A DNA stretch of 63,747 bases, filler included, from Octopus bimaculoides (taxonomy: Eukaryota), in the NCBI RefSeq assembly GCF_001194135.2. It is 6 parts of 6 records of this genome, joined end to end, with 100 filler letters (N's around TTAATTAATTAA, not from the genome) between each part and the next. Parts side by side here need not be neighbours in the genome. Positions count along the whole stretch, not along the records: positions 1 to 13,899 come from NC_069010.1; 5 more parts are not named here. One strand, written 5' to 3'. The translations under genes and the position numbers were made by a program. The notes beneath the pieces are model-generated. The model saw only the letters and a list, made by a program, of their open reading frames with translations. It was not told the DNA's origin and did not search any database. Position 1 is the first letter of the stretch; every line of letters begins with the position of its first letter. Positions 1 to 12,379 of the stretch are shown here, in pieces.

Positions 1-47
<47 letters not shown>

Positions 48-462
48 GCACGACTCAATGTTTTTATCAATATGCTGCTAAGAACCAGTTGTATTTATGC
101 GCGCGCGCGTGTGTATATATAATGACATGTATGTGTATATATAGTCAAGTTTACACAAGTTTTCTCTAGATAAAGTTAAATGTCCAAGTAGGACAACACC
201 CAACTGGTCTCCATGTCATTCTCTCTCTCTTCTACATATGGGATAGCCTGATACATACTGTGTGTGTGTGTGTCTGTATATATGCACAATCTATCTATCT
301 ATCTATCTCCATCCATTCACACACAGTCTATCTATATGCGTTTAAATTAACACACGTAGACATACTTCGATATCTTTATATCTATATATATATATGTATA
401 TGTGCGCGTGTGTGTATTAACGCACCAAACTCTTGGACCTCCAGTCTCTCACGCGTTTTAAG

Positions 463-513
<51 letters not shown>

Positions 514-1180
514 TATATATATACACACACACACACACATACGCGTTTAAATTCATATGTATGTCTATAGATGTGTGTGTATATGCGTTTAAATTTACAC
601 ACACAGACGTTTAAGCAAATATACTTCGAGATCACGCGTTTTAACGAATAAGAATATATATATATATATGTGCGTTTAAACTAGCAAATGCTGTGTGTAT
701 ACCCGCGTTTGAACGAATATACGTATACACTCCATGCGTTTCAACGAATATATATATGTATATATATATATATATATATATGTGTATATATATATATATA
801 TGTATATATATNNNNNNNNNNNNNNNNNNNNNNNNNNNNNNNNNNNNNNNNNNNNNNNNNNNNNNNNNNNNNNNNNNNNNNNNNNNNNNNNNNNNNNNNN
901 NNNNNNNNNNNNNNNNNNNNNNNNNNNNNNNNNNNNNNNNNNNNNNNNNNNNNNNNNNNNNNNNNNNNNNNNNNNNNNNNNNNNNNNNNNNNNNNNNNNN
1001 NNNNNNNNNNNNNNNNNNNNNNNNNNNNNNNNNNNNNNNNNNNAAAATGGGGAAGATCGGTTTATGGGATCACCTCCCGTTTACCATCCATCAAGGGTTT
1101 AGCTTGGAGGTGTATCGTCAGATCCCAAAAACCCTTTATGCACAGGAAACCTAAGGTAATCCCATAAACCGGCGCTCCCC

Positions 1181-1218
<38 letters not shown>

Positions 1219-1312
1219 GCACATTTCTACACACCCACACGCACATATCCACACCCCCATACGTGTTTGTATATATCTATGCACGTTAGATATACACCCA
1301 TATACAGTATAC

Positions 1313-1563
1313 TAGTGTTTCGCAAACGGGGGCCCATATGATTCTTGAGGGTTCATACGACCCTTTTAGGGGGCGCTTACTAGATTTTGTTAAAAATTTA
1401 TGAGCAATAAAATCGGTTTATACTTCTACAATATACAAAAATGTTCTAACAATATTTCTTAAATACGATCCCTAATAATGTTTAATTAAAATATAATAGG
1501 GATCTTTTTAAACATCGAATGGCTACGAGGGCCCATGGGTTAAGAACTTGTTGAGAACTACTG
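1313..1563. mobile_element. hAT/Charlie-like MITE
   Basis: Ends TAGTGTTTCGCAAAC / GTTGAGAACTACTG resemble the CAGTGGTTCCCAAC-type TIR. The interior is similar to the copy at 44994. Confidence 0.55.
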
Positions 1564-1867
1564 CGTTACGCCAACACACGCACAGACAATTCTTTGACGA
1601 ATCGTATTTTCAAGAGTAGTTCTGACAGTAACTTCGAATGGCACTGTCATCTCATTTTCCTTGAAGTCTAATTAAGCATGTACTGTACTGAAAGGTTGGG
1701 TAATTAATTGTACAGCGTGATTGTAAATTGCTTTTATATATAACTTGACATAGGAACAAACAATATATATATACATACATATACACACAAGTACGTCCAG
1801 CGTTGTTCCCATTGTCTTATTATATAATACTATAATTGTATGTGATATATAAATGTGTGTGTGTGTG

Positions 1868-2059
1868 TACGAGAAAGTGCTGAAAAGCTCCTAGCTTTAA
1901 GGGTGTCGCGAAAGGCCCGGTCAGAGGTTCAGCCTTTCGGAGTTTTTTTTATAGGGCTTTGAAAAACTGAAGGACCGTTGCAGTGTGTGAATCTGAGAGA
2001 GGAATATGTTGAATAAATATCACCTTAAGCCAGGAACTTTTCAGCATCATCCCCTCGTG
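1868..2059. mobile_element. Mariner-derived MITE
   Basis: TA-CGAGAAAGTGCTGAAAAGCTCCTAGCTTTAAGG at the left end is the imperfect inverse of CCTTAAGCCAGGAACTTTTCAGCATCATCCCCTCG at the right end. Confidence 0.7.
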
Positions 2060-4600
2060 TGTGTGTGTGTGTGTGTATAAAACACTTCAAACGTATACAC
2101 TACATGCGTTTCAACGAATATGTGCACATATATAAACACGTACACAGATATGATCATACATCGTTTATATTTATTTATGTATTCTACATCGTTTATATAT
2201 ATATATCGTTTTCTATTCTACCCACCTCTCTCTGTACACACACACACTCAGAGAATGGAAGAGAAAACGAATGTATACTGTACGAAGTTATTTGCGTATT
2301 TTTAATGGCTAACAGGAATATGCCATGATATATATATATATATATATTCTAAATTATTAATACGGAAGGCAGTGTATTGGAAGCTTTATTTAGGGCAGCG
2401 ATCGTTTCGGTTTACTTCTGTATTGCCCCCTTACGGCTGGGGAACGATGTAATGGAATCGAATGCACCCCACAGTACAGAAGAAACCTCCTCTGGCCACA
2501 TAAAGCGGTTCGGTGTTATAAGACATATGTTTCACTGATAAGCGTGGCAAGATGACGATGTTATCCTATGCATGTTAATAGATCACAAACAGGTTAACAA
2601 GGCAGGGTTTGTGGTGTATATTTTAGGGAGTGGTTGTTAAAAAATACGGAAAATAAATGTAAAGAATAGATTAGATGGTCAGAACGGTTTTTTGAATGAA
2701 ACGAGTTCAAGGTTGTGTCATTCGTACACACACACATGTATGTATAAGCTTCTTAAACATAGACATGTCTGTGCCTCTGTCTGTCTGTCTCACTCTATAT
2801 ATATGTATGTATATATCAAAATATTCATTTATTAACAAAACAATGTTTTGTTGTGACTGACGTCAGAAAAATATTTCCTTCGGGTGAATCAGTTCAGCAG
2901 ATTGGATGAGATTTATGTCAGCAATGGCAGCAAACGGTAGAAGCTGTCAAACTGTGGGGCTCAAATTAACATTGTCATCACCACTGGGGCCATGTAGCTT
3001 ATGTTACATGGTGTAAATTCATGCAGCTGTCGGTCTTGACTGAGTCGAAACCACTGGCAAGTTAACAGATAAACAACCTATATATATATATAGCAGCTGT
3101 CCGTCAAAGGAAAAGGCACCAAGGATGAAACTGTTAATGACAATCCTATGTGTTTGCCCCCCTCCCACCAAAAAAAAAACGTGCTTGTTTATAAAACTGA
3201 AATTTGAGTTAAACATCTGGGTCTATTTGTTTGTTTTCTGATTAACTAGCTACTGATAAGACAAGTTCTTAATGAGATTTTCTTTTTTTACCTGAATAGG
3301 TCAATCACTTGCTGATGTCTCCAGTCATTGATTGAATCCTGTTTATTATACCTTAGTTATTTTGAAATGTGTGGAGGNNNNNNNNNNNNNNNNNNNNNNN
3401 NNNNNNNNNNNNNNNNNNNNNNNNNNNNNNNNNNNNNNNNNNNNNNNNNNNNNNNNNNNNNNNNNNNNNNNNNNNNNNNNNNNNNNNNNNNNNNNNNNNN
3501 NNNNNNNNNNNNNNNNNNNNNNNNNNNNNNNNNNNNNNNNNNNNNNNNNNNNNNNNNNNNNNNNNNNNNNNNNNNNNNNNNNNNNNNNNNNNNNNNNNNN
3601 NNNNNNNNNNNNNNNNNNNNNNNGTGTCACGCTGAATATCCCCCCGAGAACTACATTAAGGGTACATGTGTCTGTGGAGTGCTCAGCCAATTGCACGTTA
3701 ATTTCACGAGCAGGCTGTTCCGTTGATTGGATCAACTGGAACCCTCGTCGTCGTAAGCGACGGAGTGCCAACAACAACAACAATTTTGAAATGTGAATAC
3801 AGTGATCTGGGTTCAATTTGTAAGCAATGAATTGGTATTTGGCACCCTGCTAATGTCCCTTGTTACATGTTTGTTCAAGGCTGTGTGTATGCCCACACCC
3901 TATTAACTGTATACAGAGTGAGTCAGACATCCTTTAGCATTGATGTAAACGGTGGAGACGGACTATAACCTCAGTTTTCAACTGTATAGCTTTATATATA
4001 TTCTAGAAAAAACGTCCTTATCAGAAAGGTAAGTGAATACTGACTGTCCTAAAAATGTCACAACATTTTTAGTACGATATATATATATATATATATANNN
4101 NNNNNNNNNNNNNNNNNNNNNNNNNNNNNNNNNNNNNNNNNNNNNNNNNNNNNNNNNNNNNNNNNNNNNNNNNNNNNNNNNNNNNNNNNNNNNNNNNGAC
4201 TACATTATCTAAAGTGTCCTTCCTTGTTGCTCTTGTTTAGCCCCAGGTCAGTTCAGATCCAGACAGACTTATGACGAAATATGTTCCAGCTGTGACCATC
4301 CTGTCTTTTATTCTGACATAGTGTATCTAGGACTACATTATCTAAAGTGTCCTTTCTTGTTGCTCTTGTTTAGCCCCAGGCCAGTTCTGATCAAAGATGT
4401 TCTTGCAAAAAGAGACCCAATAGAATAAGTACTAGGCTTCCGAAGAATAAGTCCTGGGGGTCGATTTGCTCGACTAAAGGCGGTGCTCCAGCATGGCTGC
4501 AGTCAAATGACTGAAACAAGTAAAAGAGTAGTAATAATAATAATAATAATAAGAAGAAGAATGATGATACTTGTAATATTATTAATGTTTTCTGTTGCAG

Positions 4601-4737
4601 ACCCTGTCCGATTTCAACGCAATAACAAGAAGAAAGAGAATGGATCACGTCCATACCAAGATGTTAACCCCTATAAGAAACCTTTACCTCAAAGAACCCG
4701 GTCGGCCAGTGACAAGAGACCACGGATTAGGGGTAAT
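4601..4737 (+). CDS. RNF10: RNF10 (RING finger protein 10) coding exon, 3' end lost in N gap
   Basis: Acceptor tctgttgcag|. Phase-1 frame reads (D)PVRFQRNNKKKENGSRPYQDVNPYKKPLPQRTRSASDKRPRIRGN, a low-complexity basic segment comparable to the RNF10 N-terminus (…KMPPQRGG…) and directly upstream of the clearly RNF10-like exon. Confidence 0.7.
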
Positions 4738-5734
4738 NNNNNNNNNNNNNNNNNNNNNNNNNNNNNNNNNNNNNNNNNNNNNNNNNNNNNNNNNNNNNNN
4801 NNNNNNNNNNNNNNNNNNNNNNNNNNNNNNNNNNNNNNNNNNNNNNNNNNNNNNNNNNNNNNNNNNNNNNNNNNNNNNNNNNNNNNNNNNNNNNNNNNNN
4901 NNNNNNNNNNNNNNNNNNNNNNNNNNNNNNNNNNNNNNNNNNNNNNNNNNNNNNNNNNNNNNNNNNNNNNNNNNNNNNNNNNNNNNNNNNNNNNNNNNNN
5001 NNNNNNNNNNNNNNNNNNNNNNNNNNNNNNNNNNNNNNNNNNNNNNNNNNNNNNNNNNNNNNNNNNNNNNNNNNNNNNNNNNNNNNNNNNNNNNNNNNNN
5101 NNNNNNNNNNNNNNNNNNNNNNNNNNNNNNNNNNNNNNNNNNNNNNNNNNNNNNNNNNNNNNNNNNNNNNNNNNNNNNNNNNNNNNNNNNNNNNNNNNNN
5201 NNNNNNNNNNNNNNNNNNTTTCGAGCGTGGCCGTCGCCAGTACCGCCCGACTGGCCTTCGTGCCGGTGGCACGTAAAAGCACCCACTACACTCTCGGAGT
5301 GGTTGGCGTTAGGAAGGGCATCCAGCTGTAGAAACTCTGCCAGATCAGATTGGAGCCTGGTGCAGCCATCTGGTTTCACCAATCCTCAGTCAAATCGTCC
5401 CACTCATGCTAGCATGCAAAGTGGACATTAAACGACGACGATGATGATGATGATGATGTTCTCCAATAAAGAAAAATTATTTGCAACCTTCCGTCTCAAG
5501 AAACCACTATTGTTCCCGAAAGTTGTTTTTACATATTTACTATGGATTGCTTGAAGCTAACTTTCTTCCTACACCTTGATCTCTGGATCTTTTATATATA
5601 TATCTATAATAATAATAATAATAATAATAATAATGGCTGCAGTCTAATGACTGAAAGAAGCAAAAGTTATATGTGTATTTGTGTGTGTGTTTACCACATC
5701 TGTAACCTGTCTGTCTGTGTGTCTCTATTTCCAG

Positions 5735-5910
5735 GTAGCAGAGCAATTAGAGGCTGAATATGACTCTATCTTGAACGAGAATGACATCAGTCACATGATC
5801 AACTTTGACTATGGTACCCGCCGTACCAGGTCTGTCGTTCACCACCATGCTCTCCGCAGACCAAGATACGTCGCATCGATCTTCAACAAGCAACAGTATT
5901 TGCAAGCAAA
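5735..5910 (+). CDS. RNF10: RNF10 coding exon
   Basis: ttccag|…|gtaagt. Translates VAEQLEAEYDSILNENDISHMINFDYGTRRTRSVVHHHALRRPRYVASIFNKQQYLQA(N), matching the recalled RNF10 motifs VAEAQRAEF…LNHLLNF…FNKELFLQANC. Confidence 0.9.
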
Positions 5911-6129
5911 GTAAGTACCGCCCACCGACTGCCATCACCGCTTATGCCTCCTTTCCTAATACTTTTGTTTATTCTTTATTTATTTTACCAGATTTTATTT
6001 TCCAACCCTGTTCAGTCTAGAGTGTGTGTGTACACACACATACACACCAGAAAGGAAGCTGATTCAAAGACTACAGATTCATAGGTATCCTGTGGCGGTA
6101 CAGTCCACCTAGTTGTATAGAGATGCCAT

Positions 6130-6600
6130 ATGGGAGATTATACTTCATTGCTGTACACAGTCCACCTAGCTGTGAATAGGTACCATCTCGAATTATAGTC
6201 CACCTAGCTGTAAACAGGTACCATGTGGAATTACAGTCCTCTGCTGTACACAGTACACCTAGCTGTTAACAGGTGCCATCACAAATTACAGTCCATCTAG
6301 CTGTAAATAGGTGCCATCTCGAATTACAGTCTTCTGCTGTACACAGTCCACCTAGCTGTAAACAGGTACCATGTGGAATTATAGTTCACCGCCATACACA
6401 GTCAACCTCGCTGTTAATAGGTGCCATTTTGAATTACAATCTCCTGCTGTACACAGTCCACCTAGCTGTAAACAGGTACCATGTGGAATTATAGTTCACC
6501 GCCGTACACAGTCCACCTCGCTGTTAATAGGTGCCATTTTGAATTACAATCTCCTGCTGTACACAGTCCATTTAGTTGTATAAATAGGTGCCATCTTAAT
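6130..6600. repeat. ~55-bp minisatellite with a 110-bp dimeric higher-order repeat
   Basis: Unit GTACACAGTCCACCTAGCTGTAAACAGGTACCATGTGGAATTA…. Segments 6330-6440 and 6440-6550 are near-identical at offset 110; the array runs into the N gap. Confidence 0.85.
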
Positions 6601-7656
6601 NNNNNNNNNNNNNNNNNNNNNNNNNNNNNNNNNNNNNNNNNNNNNNNNNNNNNNNNNNNNNNNNNNNNNNNNNNNNNNNNNNNNNNNNNNNNNNNNNNNN
6701 NNNNNNNNNNNNNNNNNNNNNNNNNNNNNNNNNNNNNNNNNNNNNNNNNNNNNNNNNNNNNNNNNNNNNNNNNNNNNNNNNNNNNNNNNNNNNNNNNNNN
6801 NNNNNNNNNNNNNNNNNNNNNNNNNNNNNNNNNNNNNNNNNNNNNNNNNNNNNNNNNNNNNNNNNNNNNNNNNNNNNNNNNNNNNNNNNNNNNNNNNNNN
6901 NNNNNNNNNNNNNNNNNNNNNNNNNNNNNNNNNNNNNNNNNNNNNNNNNNNNNNNNNNNNNNNNNNNNNNNNNNNNNNNNNNNNNNNNNNNNNNNNNNNN
7001 NNNNNNNNNNNNNNNNNNNNNNNNNNNNNNNNNNNNNNNNNNNNNNNNNNNNNNNNNNNNNNNNNNNNNNNNNNNNNNNNNNNNNNNNNNNNNNNNNNNN
7101 NNNNNNNNNGCCAACCCAGTTGATAATAAAATCGAAATAATATCTAAAAATATGTTCTTTCTGTGTGGCAGGATACCAAAAGGTCCTTCCCAGTATTAGT
7201 CAGTGACCCTGTCATTGGGGGACCCCTGCATTTGGGAACCCCACATTTATTTTTTTAAAACTAATCTATTGTTAAAATTCTGTTGATATTTGATGTGTGA
7301 AAGACGGCTTGCTGACAGAATCGTTAGCACGCTGGGTGAAATGCTTAGCGGAGTTCAAATTCTGCTAAGGTTGACTTTGCCTTTCATCCTTTTGGGGTTG
7401 ATTGAATAAGTACCAATTACGCACTGGGGTCGATGTAATCGACTTAATCCGTTTGTCTGTCCTTGTTTGTCCCCTCTATGTTTAGCCGCCTGTGAGCAAT
7501 AAAGAAATAAATATTTGATGTGTGAAACATTGCTAACGCTGACTTAATTATTGCGTGTGTCCAATTAACTATTAACCGTGATATTTTGGGGGCAGTCATT
7601 TCTGCTAACCTTCCGAGGTAATTTTTTTTTTTTCTTTTTCCCCTTTTTCATTTCAG

Positions 7657-7714
7657 CGTATGTCGTCACCAGAACTTCCCCTCTGTCCAATATGCCTGAG
7701 TCGACCTATGGCTG
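7657..7714 (+). CDS. RNF10: RNF10 coding exon, start of the C3HC4 RING (CPIC)
   Basis: Long polypyrimidine tract, tttcag|…|gtaagt. Translates RMSSPELPLCPICLSRPMA, comparable to RNF10 RICSHEVPSCPICLYPPTA. Confidence 0.9.
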
Positions 7715-8799
7715 GTAAGTACTGGGTGTGCATTCGGCTCAACTTCCCCCAGTTCTTTACTCCTCCCTCTTCCTATAACTGACTCCTCCTCCTTCTCTGT
7801 TTCATGTCCAGGCTGTACCTATATTTCCCTCTCACTGTTTTATGTACAACCCCTCCTCTCTGTGTTTAATCTCTCATGTTTTACTCCTCCCTCTCTTTGT
7901 TCAACCTCTGCATAACTCATTCCTCCATCTCTGTTTTGTGTTCAACTTTTCCCTGAACCCCCTCCCTCTGTTTTGTGTTCAACCTCTTCCTGAACCCCCT
8001 CNNNNNNNNNNTATTATTATTATTATTATTATTATTATTGCAGTTCCTGCTGCTTCAACTTTCACATCTACTTTCATTGCATTTTATACGTCGTCGTCGT
8101 CATCATCATTTAACATCTGCTGTCCATGCTGGCATGGGTTGGACGGTTCGACTGGAACTGGTAAATCCGGAGAGCTGCACCAGGTTCCAACCTGATTTGG
8201 TATGGTTTCTACAGCTGGATACCCTTCTTCATGCCAACCACTCCCAAGACTGTAGTGAGTGCTTTTTACATGCAACGAACTCGCTCGAATGTCTTTTCAC
8301 GTGCCAGGAAGGCGACGTTGGTAACGATCACGCTCAAATGGTGCTATTTATGTGCCCCCGACACGGAAGCCAGACAGCTGGTGCTCTGGCAACGCTCACG
8401 CTTAGACGGTGCTCTTAGTGATCTACTGGTACAGGTGCCATCACGGTTACCAATTATACTGAAAATTGTTTAAAGTAACTCTGTAATATAGGGACCATAT
8501 CACTTGTGTGTACACAACATGGGTAGCAGATAGCTTCCCTGAGTACTGTTTATATAGACTTTTAGCAGATGTGGGTGGGTCGGGTTTGACCATGTTGGTT
8601 GATGGTCTTTTTCTTTTTTTAACCCTTTTCATACCAATCTATCTGAGACCACCCCGACTGGTTCTAAAATAAAAACTTCGCTTTTAAAATGATCTAAATT
8701 GAAACCTTCCATCAAAACTTCATGTTAGTTTATGTTCCAAACACCAGTTTAATTAATGACTGTTATTTATACCTTCCTTCATTGGACACTAAACTCCAC

Positions 8800-9715
8800 T
8801 TGCGAAGACCTGTTGAGGCAAGTGAAATCGAAATCGAGTTAAATTCGACGACTGGCACCCATGCCAACGTCGTCTCCTTCATTGGACACGAAACTCAGCT
8901 TGCGAAGACTTATTGGGGCAAGCGAAAGCGAAATTGTGATGGCATTTGTGCCCAGCGTCGCCTTTCTGGCACTTGTGCCCGAGGCATGCGTAAGGACTTT
9001 TAAGCGAGATCGTTGCCAGTGCCCCTGGACTGGCTCTTGTGCGGGTGGCACATAAAATACACCATTTTGAGCGTGGCCGTTGCCAGTACCGCCTGACTGG
9101 CCTTCGTGCGGGTGACACGTAAAAGTACCCACTACACTCTCTGAGTGGTTGGTGTTAGGAAGGGCATCCAGGTGTAGAAACTCTGCCAGATCAGATTGGA
9201 GCCTGGTGTAGCCATCTGGTTTCACCAGTCCTCANNNNNNNNNNAAATCGAGTTAAATTCGACGACTGGCACCCATGCCAACGTCGTCTCCTTCATTGGA
9301 CACGAAACTCAGCTTGCGAAGACTTATTGGGGCAAGCGAAAGCGAAATTGTGATGGCATTTGTGCCCAGCGTCGCCTTTCTGGCACTTGTGCCCGAGGCA
9401 TGCGTAAGGACTTTTAAGCGAGATCGTTGCCAGTGCCCCTGGACTGGCTCTTGTGCGGGTGGCACATAAAATACACCATTTTGAGCGTGGCCGTTGCCAG
9501 TACCGCCTGACTGGCCTTCGTGCGGGTGACACGTAAAAGTACCCACTACACTCTCTGAGTGGTTGGTGTTAGGAAGGGCATCCAGGTGTAGAAACTCTGC
9601 CAGATCAGATTGGAGCCTGGTGTAGCCATCTGGTTTCACCAGTCCTCAGTCAAATCGTCCAACCCATGCTAGCATGGAAAGTGGACGTTAAATGACGATG
9701 ATGATGATGACGATT
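8800..9715 (+). mobile_element. SINE with RTE-type tail ending in (GAT)n, present twice across a 10-N gap
   Basis: Tail GGAAGGGCATCCAG…GTAGAAACTCTGCC…CAACCCATGCTAGCATGGAAAG…GATGATGAT. Other copies at about 5219-5455 (+), 8095-8400 (-), 13665-13838 (-), 53660-53880 (+), 54285-54470 (+) and 56090-56190 (+). Confidence 0.85.
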
Positions 9716-10944
9716 CTACTAAGTTCTTCATTATTTCCGAAATTAATTGAAGCAAAGTCAGTGTATGTCAACAGAAATATTGTAATAAAAGGGGTTTGTG
9801 TCTGTATGTGACATAGGGACCATATTGGTTCTGTGTCCACAACATGGATGCAGAGAGCTTCCCTGGGTACTGTTTATATAGACTCACAGCAGATGTGAGG
9901 GGGGTCTGGTTTGACCATGTTGGTTGATAGCTTCTTTAAATCTTTTTTATACCAACCCACCCGAGACCACCCCCACTGGTTCTATGATACAAACTTCCTC
10001 TTAAAGTGATCTTAATTATAAATTTCTTTTTTCAAAATATCTTGTTAAGTTATCTTCCAAATGCCAGATTAATTAATCTCTTTTACTTGTTTCAGTCATT
10101 TGACTGCGGCTATGCTGGAGCACCGCCTTTAGTCGAGCAAATCAACCCCAGGACTTATTCTTTGGAAGCCTAGTACTTATTCTATCGGTGTGTTTTTGCC
10201 GAACCGCTAAGTTACGGGGACGTAAACACACCAGCATCGGTTGTCAAGCGATGTTGGGGGGACAAACACAGACACACATACACATATATATATATATATA
10301 CATATATACGACGGGCTTCTTTCAGTTTCCGTCTACCAACTCCACTNNNNNNNNNNNNNNNNNNNNNNNNNNNNNNNNNNNNNNNNNNNNNNNNNNNNNN
10401 NNNNNNNNNNNNNNNNNNNNNNNNNNNNNNNNNNNNNNNNNNNNNNNNNNNNNNNNNNNNNNNNNNNNNNNNNNNNNNNNNNNNNNNNNNNNNNNNNNNN
10501 NNNNNNNNNNNNNNNNNNNNNNNNNNNNNNNNNNNNNNNNNNNNNNNNNNNNNNNNNNNNNNNNNNNNNNNNNNNNNNNNNNNNNNNNNNNNNNNNNNNN
10601 NNNNNNNNNNNNNNNNNNNNNNNNNNNNNNNNNNNNNNNNNNNNNNNNNNNNNNNNNNNNNNNNNNNNNNNNNNNNNNNNNNNNNNNNNNNNNNNNNNNN
10701 NNNNNNNNNNNNNNNNNNNNNNNNNNNNNNNNNNNNNNNNNNNNNNNNNNNNNNNNNNNNNNNNNNNNNNNNNNNNNNNNNNNNNNNNNNNNNNNNNNNN
10801 NNNNNNNNNNNNNNNNNNNNNNNNNNNNNNNNNNNNNNNNNNNNNNNNNNNNNNNNNNNNNNNNNNNNNNNNNNNNNNNNNNNNNNNNNNNNNNNNNNNN
10901 NNNNNNNNNNNNNNNNNNTTTTATATTCATATTTTTTCCCTTTT

Positions 10945-10982
<38 letters not shown>

Positions 10983-12278
10983 GTGGAGACTGGAGCAACA
11001 AATGCAAGAAGAAGCAATTCTGTTGGGCTAGTTAGCCGTTGTTTTATTATGTGGAGGTCATGTAATGAGTCATTGTGGAGGTTGAGGTTATGTAATGAGT
11101 CATTGTGGATGTTATGTAATAGTCATTTACGCACGTTTCAATCTAGCCAATGGTTTGGCAGATCTCTTCAGAATGTTGAGGAGTATATATATATATTTAT
11201 TTTGTCTTGGAAGTTGCATGGTGATGAGTATTGCGAGTCATGGTACATGCTATCAATGCTCTCATCATCACTCTTGCCATCATCAAACACCACCATCATC
11301 ATCATCGTCATCATCATTAGGTGCAGGTGCATCTTACATGGCACCAGTACAGGTGTTTTTTATGTGCCACCAGCACAGGTGTTTCTTATGTGATGCCAAC
11401 ATGTACAACCTTCTAAAATACCATCTTGCTCCATTCCAGGAGTTGCAAGCACTCCTGGTTGGGAGATCCCTTGTATTAATCCATTAACGTATAATAAACT
11501 TATCGTTTTCTCTCTTGAAATTATTNNNNNNNNNNNNNNNNNNNNNNNNNNNNNNNNNNNNNNNNNNNNNNNNNNNNNNNNNNNNNNNNNNNNNNNNNNN
11601 NNNNNNNNNNNNNNNNNNNNNNNNNNNNNNNNNNNNNNNNNNNNNNNNNNNNNNNNNNNNNNNNNNNNNNNNNNNNNNNNNNNNNNNNNNNNNNNNNNNN
11701 NNNNNNNNNNNNNNNNNNNNNNNNNNNNNNNNNNNNNNNNNNNNNNNNNNNNNNNNNNNNNNNNNNNNNNNNNNNNNNNNNNNNNNNNNNNNNNNNNNNN
11801 NNNNNNNNNNNNNNNNNNNNNNNNNNNNNNNNNNNNNNNNNNNNNNNNNNNNNNNNNNNNNNNNNNNNNNNNNNNNNNNNNNNAACACCTAAAAGCTCCA
11901 CGAGGCTCCGGCAGAGGGATGGTGGTGGCGAACCCTGCTGTACTCTTCCACCACAACTTTCTCTCACTCTTACTTCCTGTTTCTGTTGTGCCTGTAATTC
12001 AAAGGGGTCAGCCTTGTCACACTCTGTGTCACGCTGAATATCCCCCCGAGAACTACGTTAAGGGTACACGTGTCTGTGGAGTGCTCAGCCACTTGCACGT
12101 TAATTTCACGAGCAGTCCGTTCTGTTGATCGGATCAACTGGAACCCTCGACGTCGTAAGCGATGGGGTGCCAACTTGATATCCCTTGGGTTGCTTCTCCT
12201 TCATACCTAAACATATGTATTCTCAGTTTGTCTATGTCTTCATTTAATTCATTGTCTTTCTCTTCTCTCGTTAACCAG

Positions 12279-12323
12279 GAATCCGAGGTGTGCTTTATAG
12301 AATCTGCTATGGAACAGCAAAAG
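12279..12323 (+). CDS. RNF10: RNF10 coding exon
   Basis: taaccag|…|gtgaga, 45 nt, phase 0/0. Translates ESEVCFIESAMEQQK, comparable to RNF10 ESCFIEAAIQELK. Confidence 0.8.
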
Positions 12324-12379
12324 GTGAGATGAGACAAATTCTTTTCCCAACCACTTCCATATTCGTAGCGTTGTTCAAA

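Noticed and set aside
6130-6600. CRISPR-like array
   Set aside because: There are no unique spacers, the context is a eukaryotic intron and no cas genes are present; it is a minisatellite.
8830-9648. Apparent 414-bp tandem duplication with twin ORFs (8839-9225 and 9253-9639)
   Set aside because: The copies appear identical and are separated by a 10-N gap, so this is most likely unmerged contig overlap. The ORFs are SINE translations.
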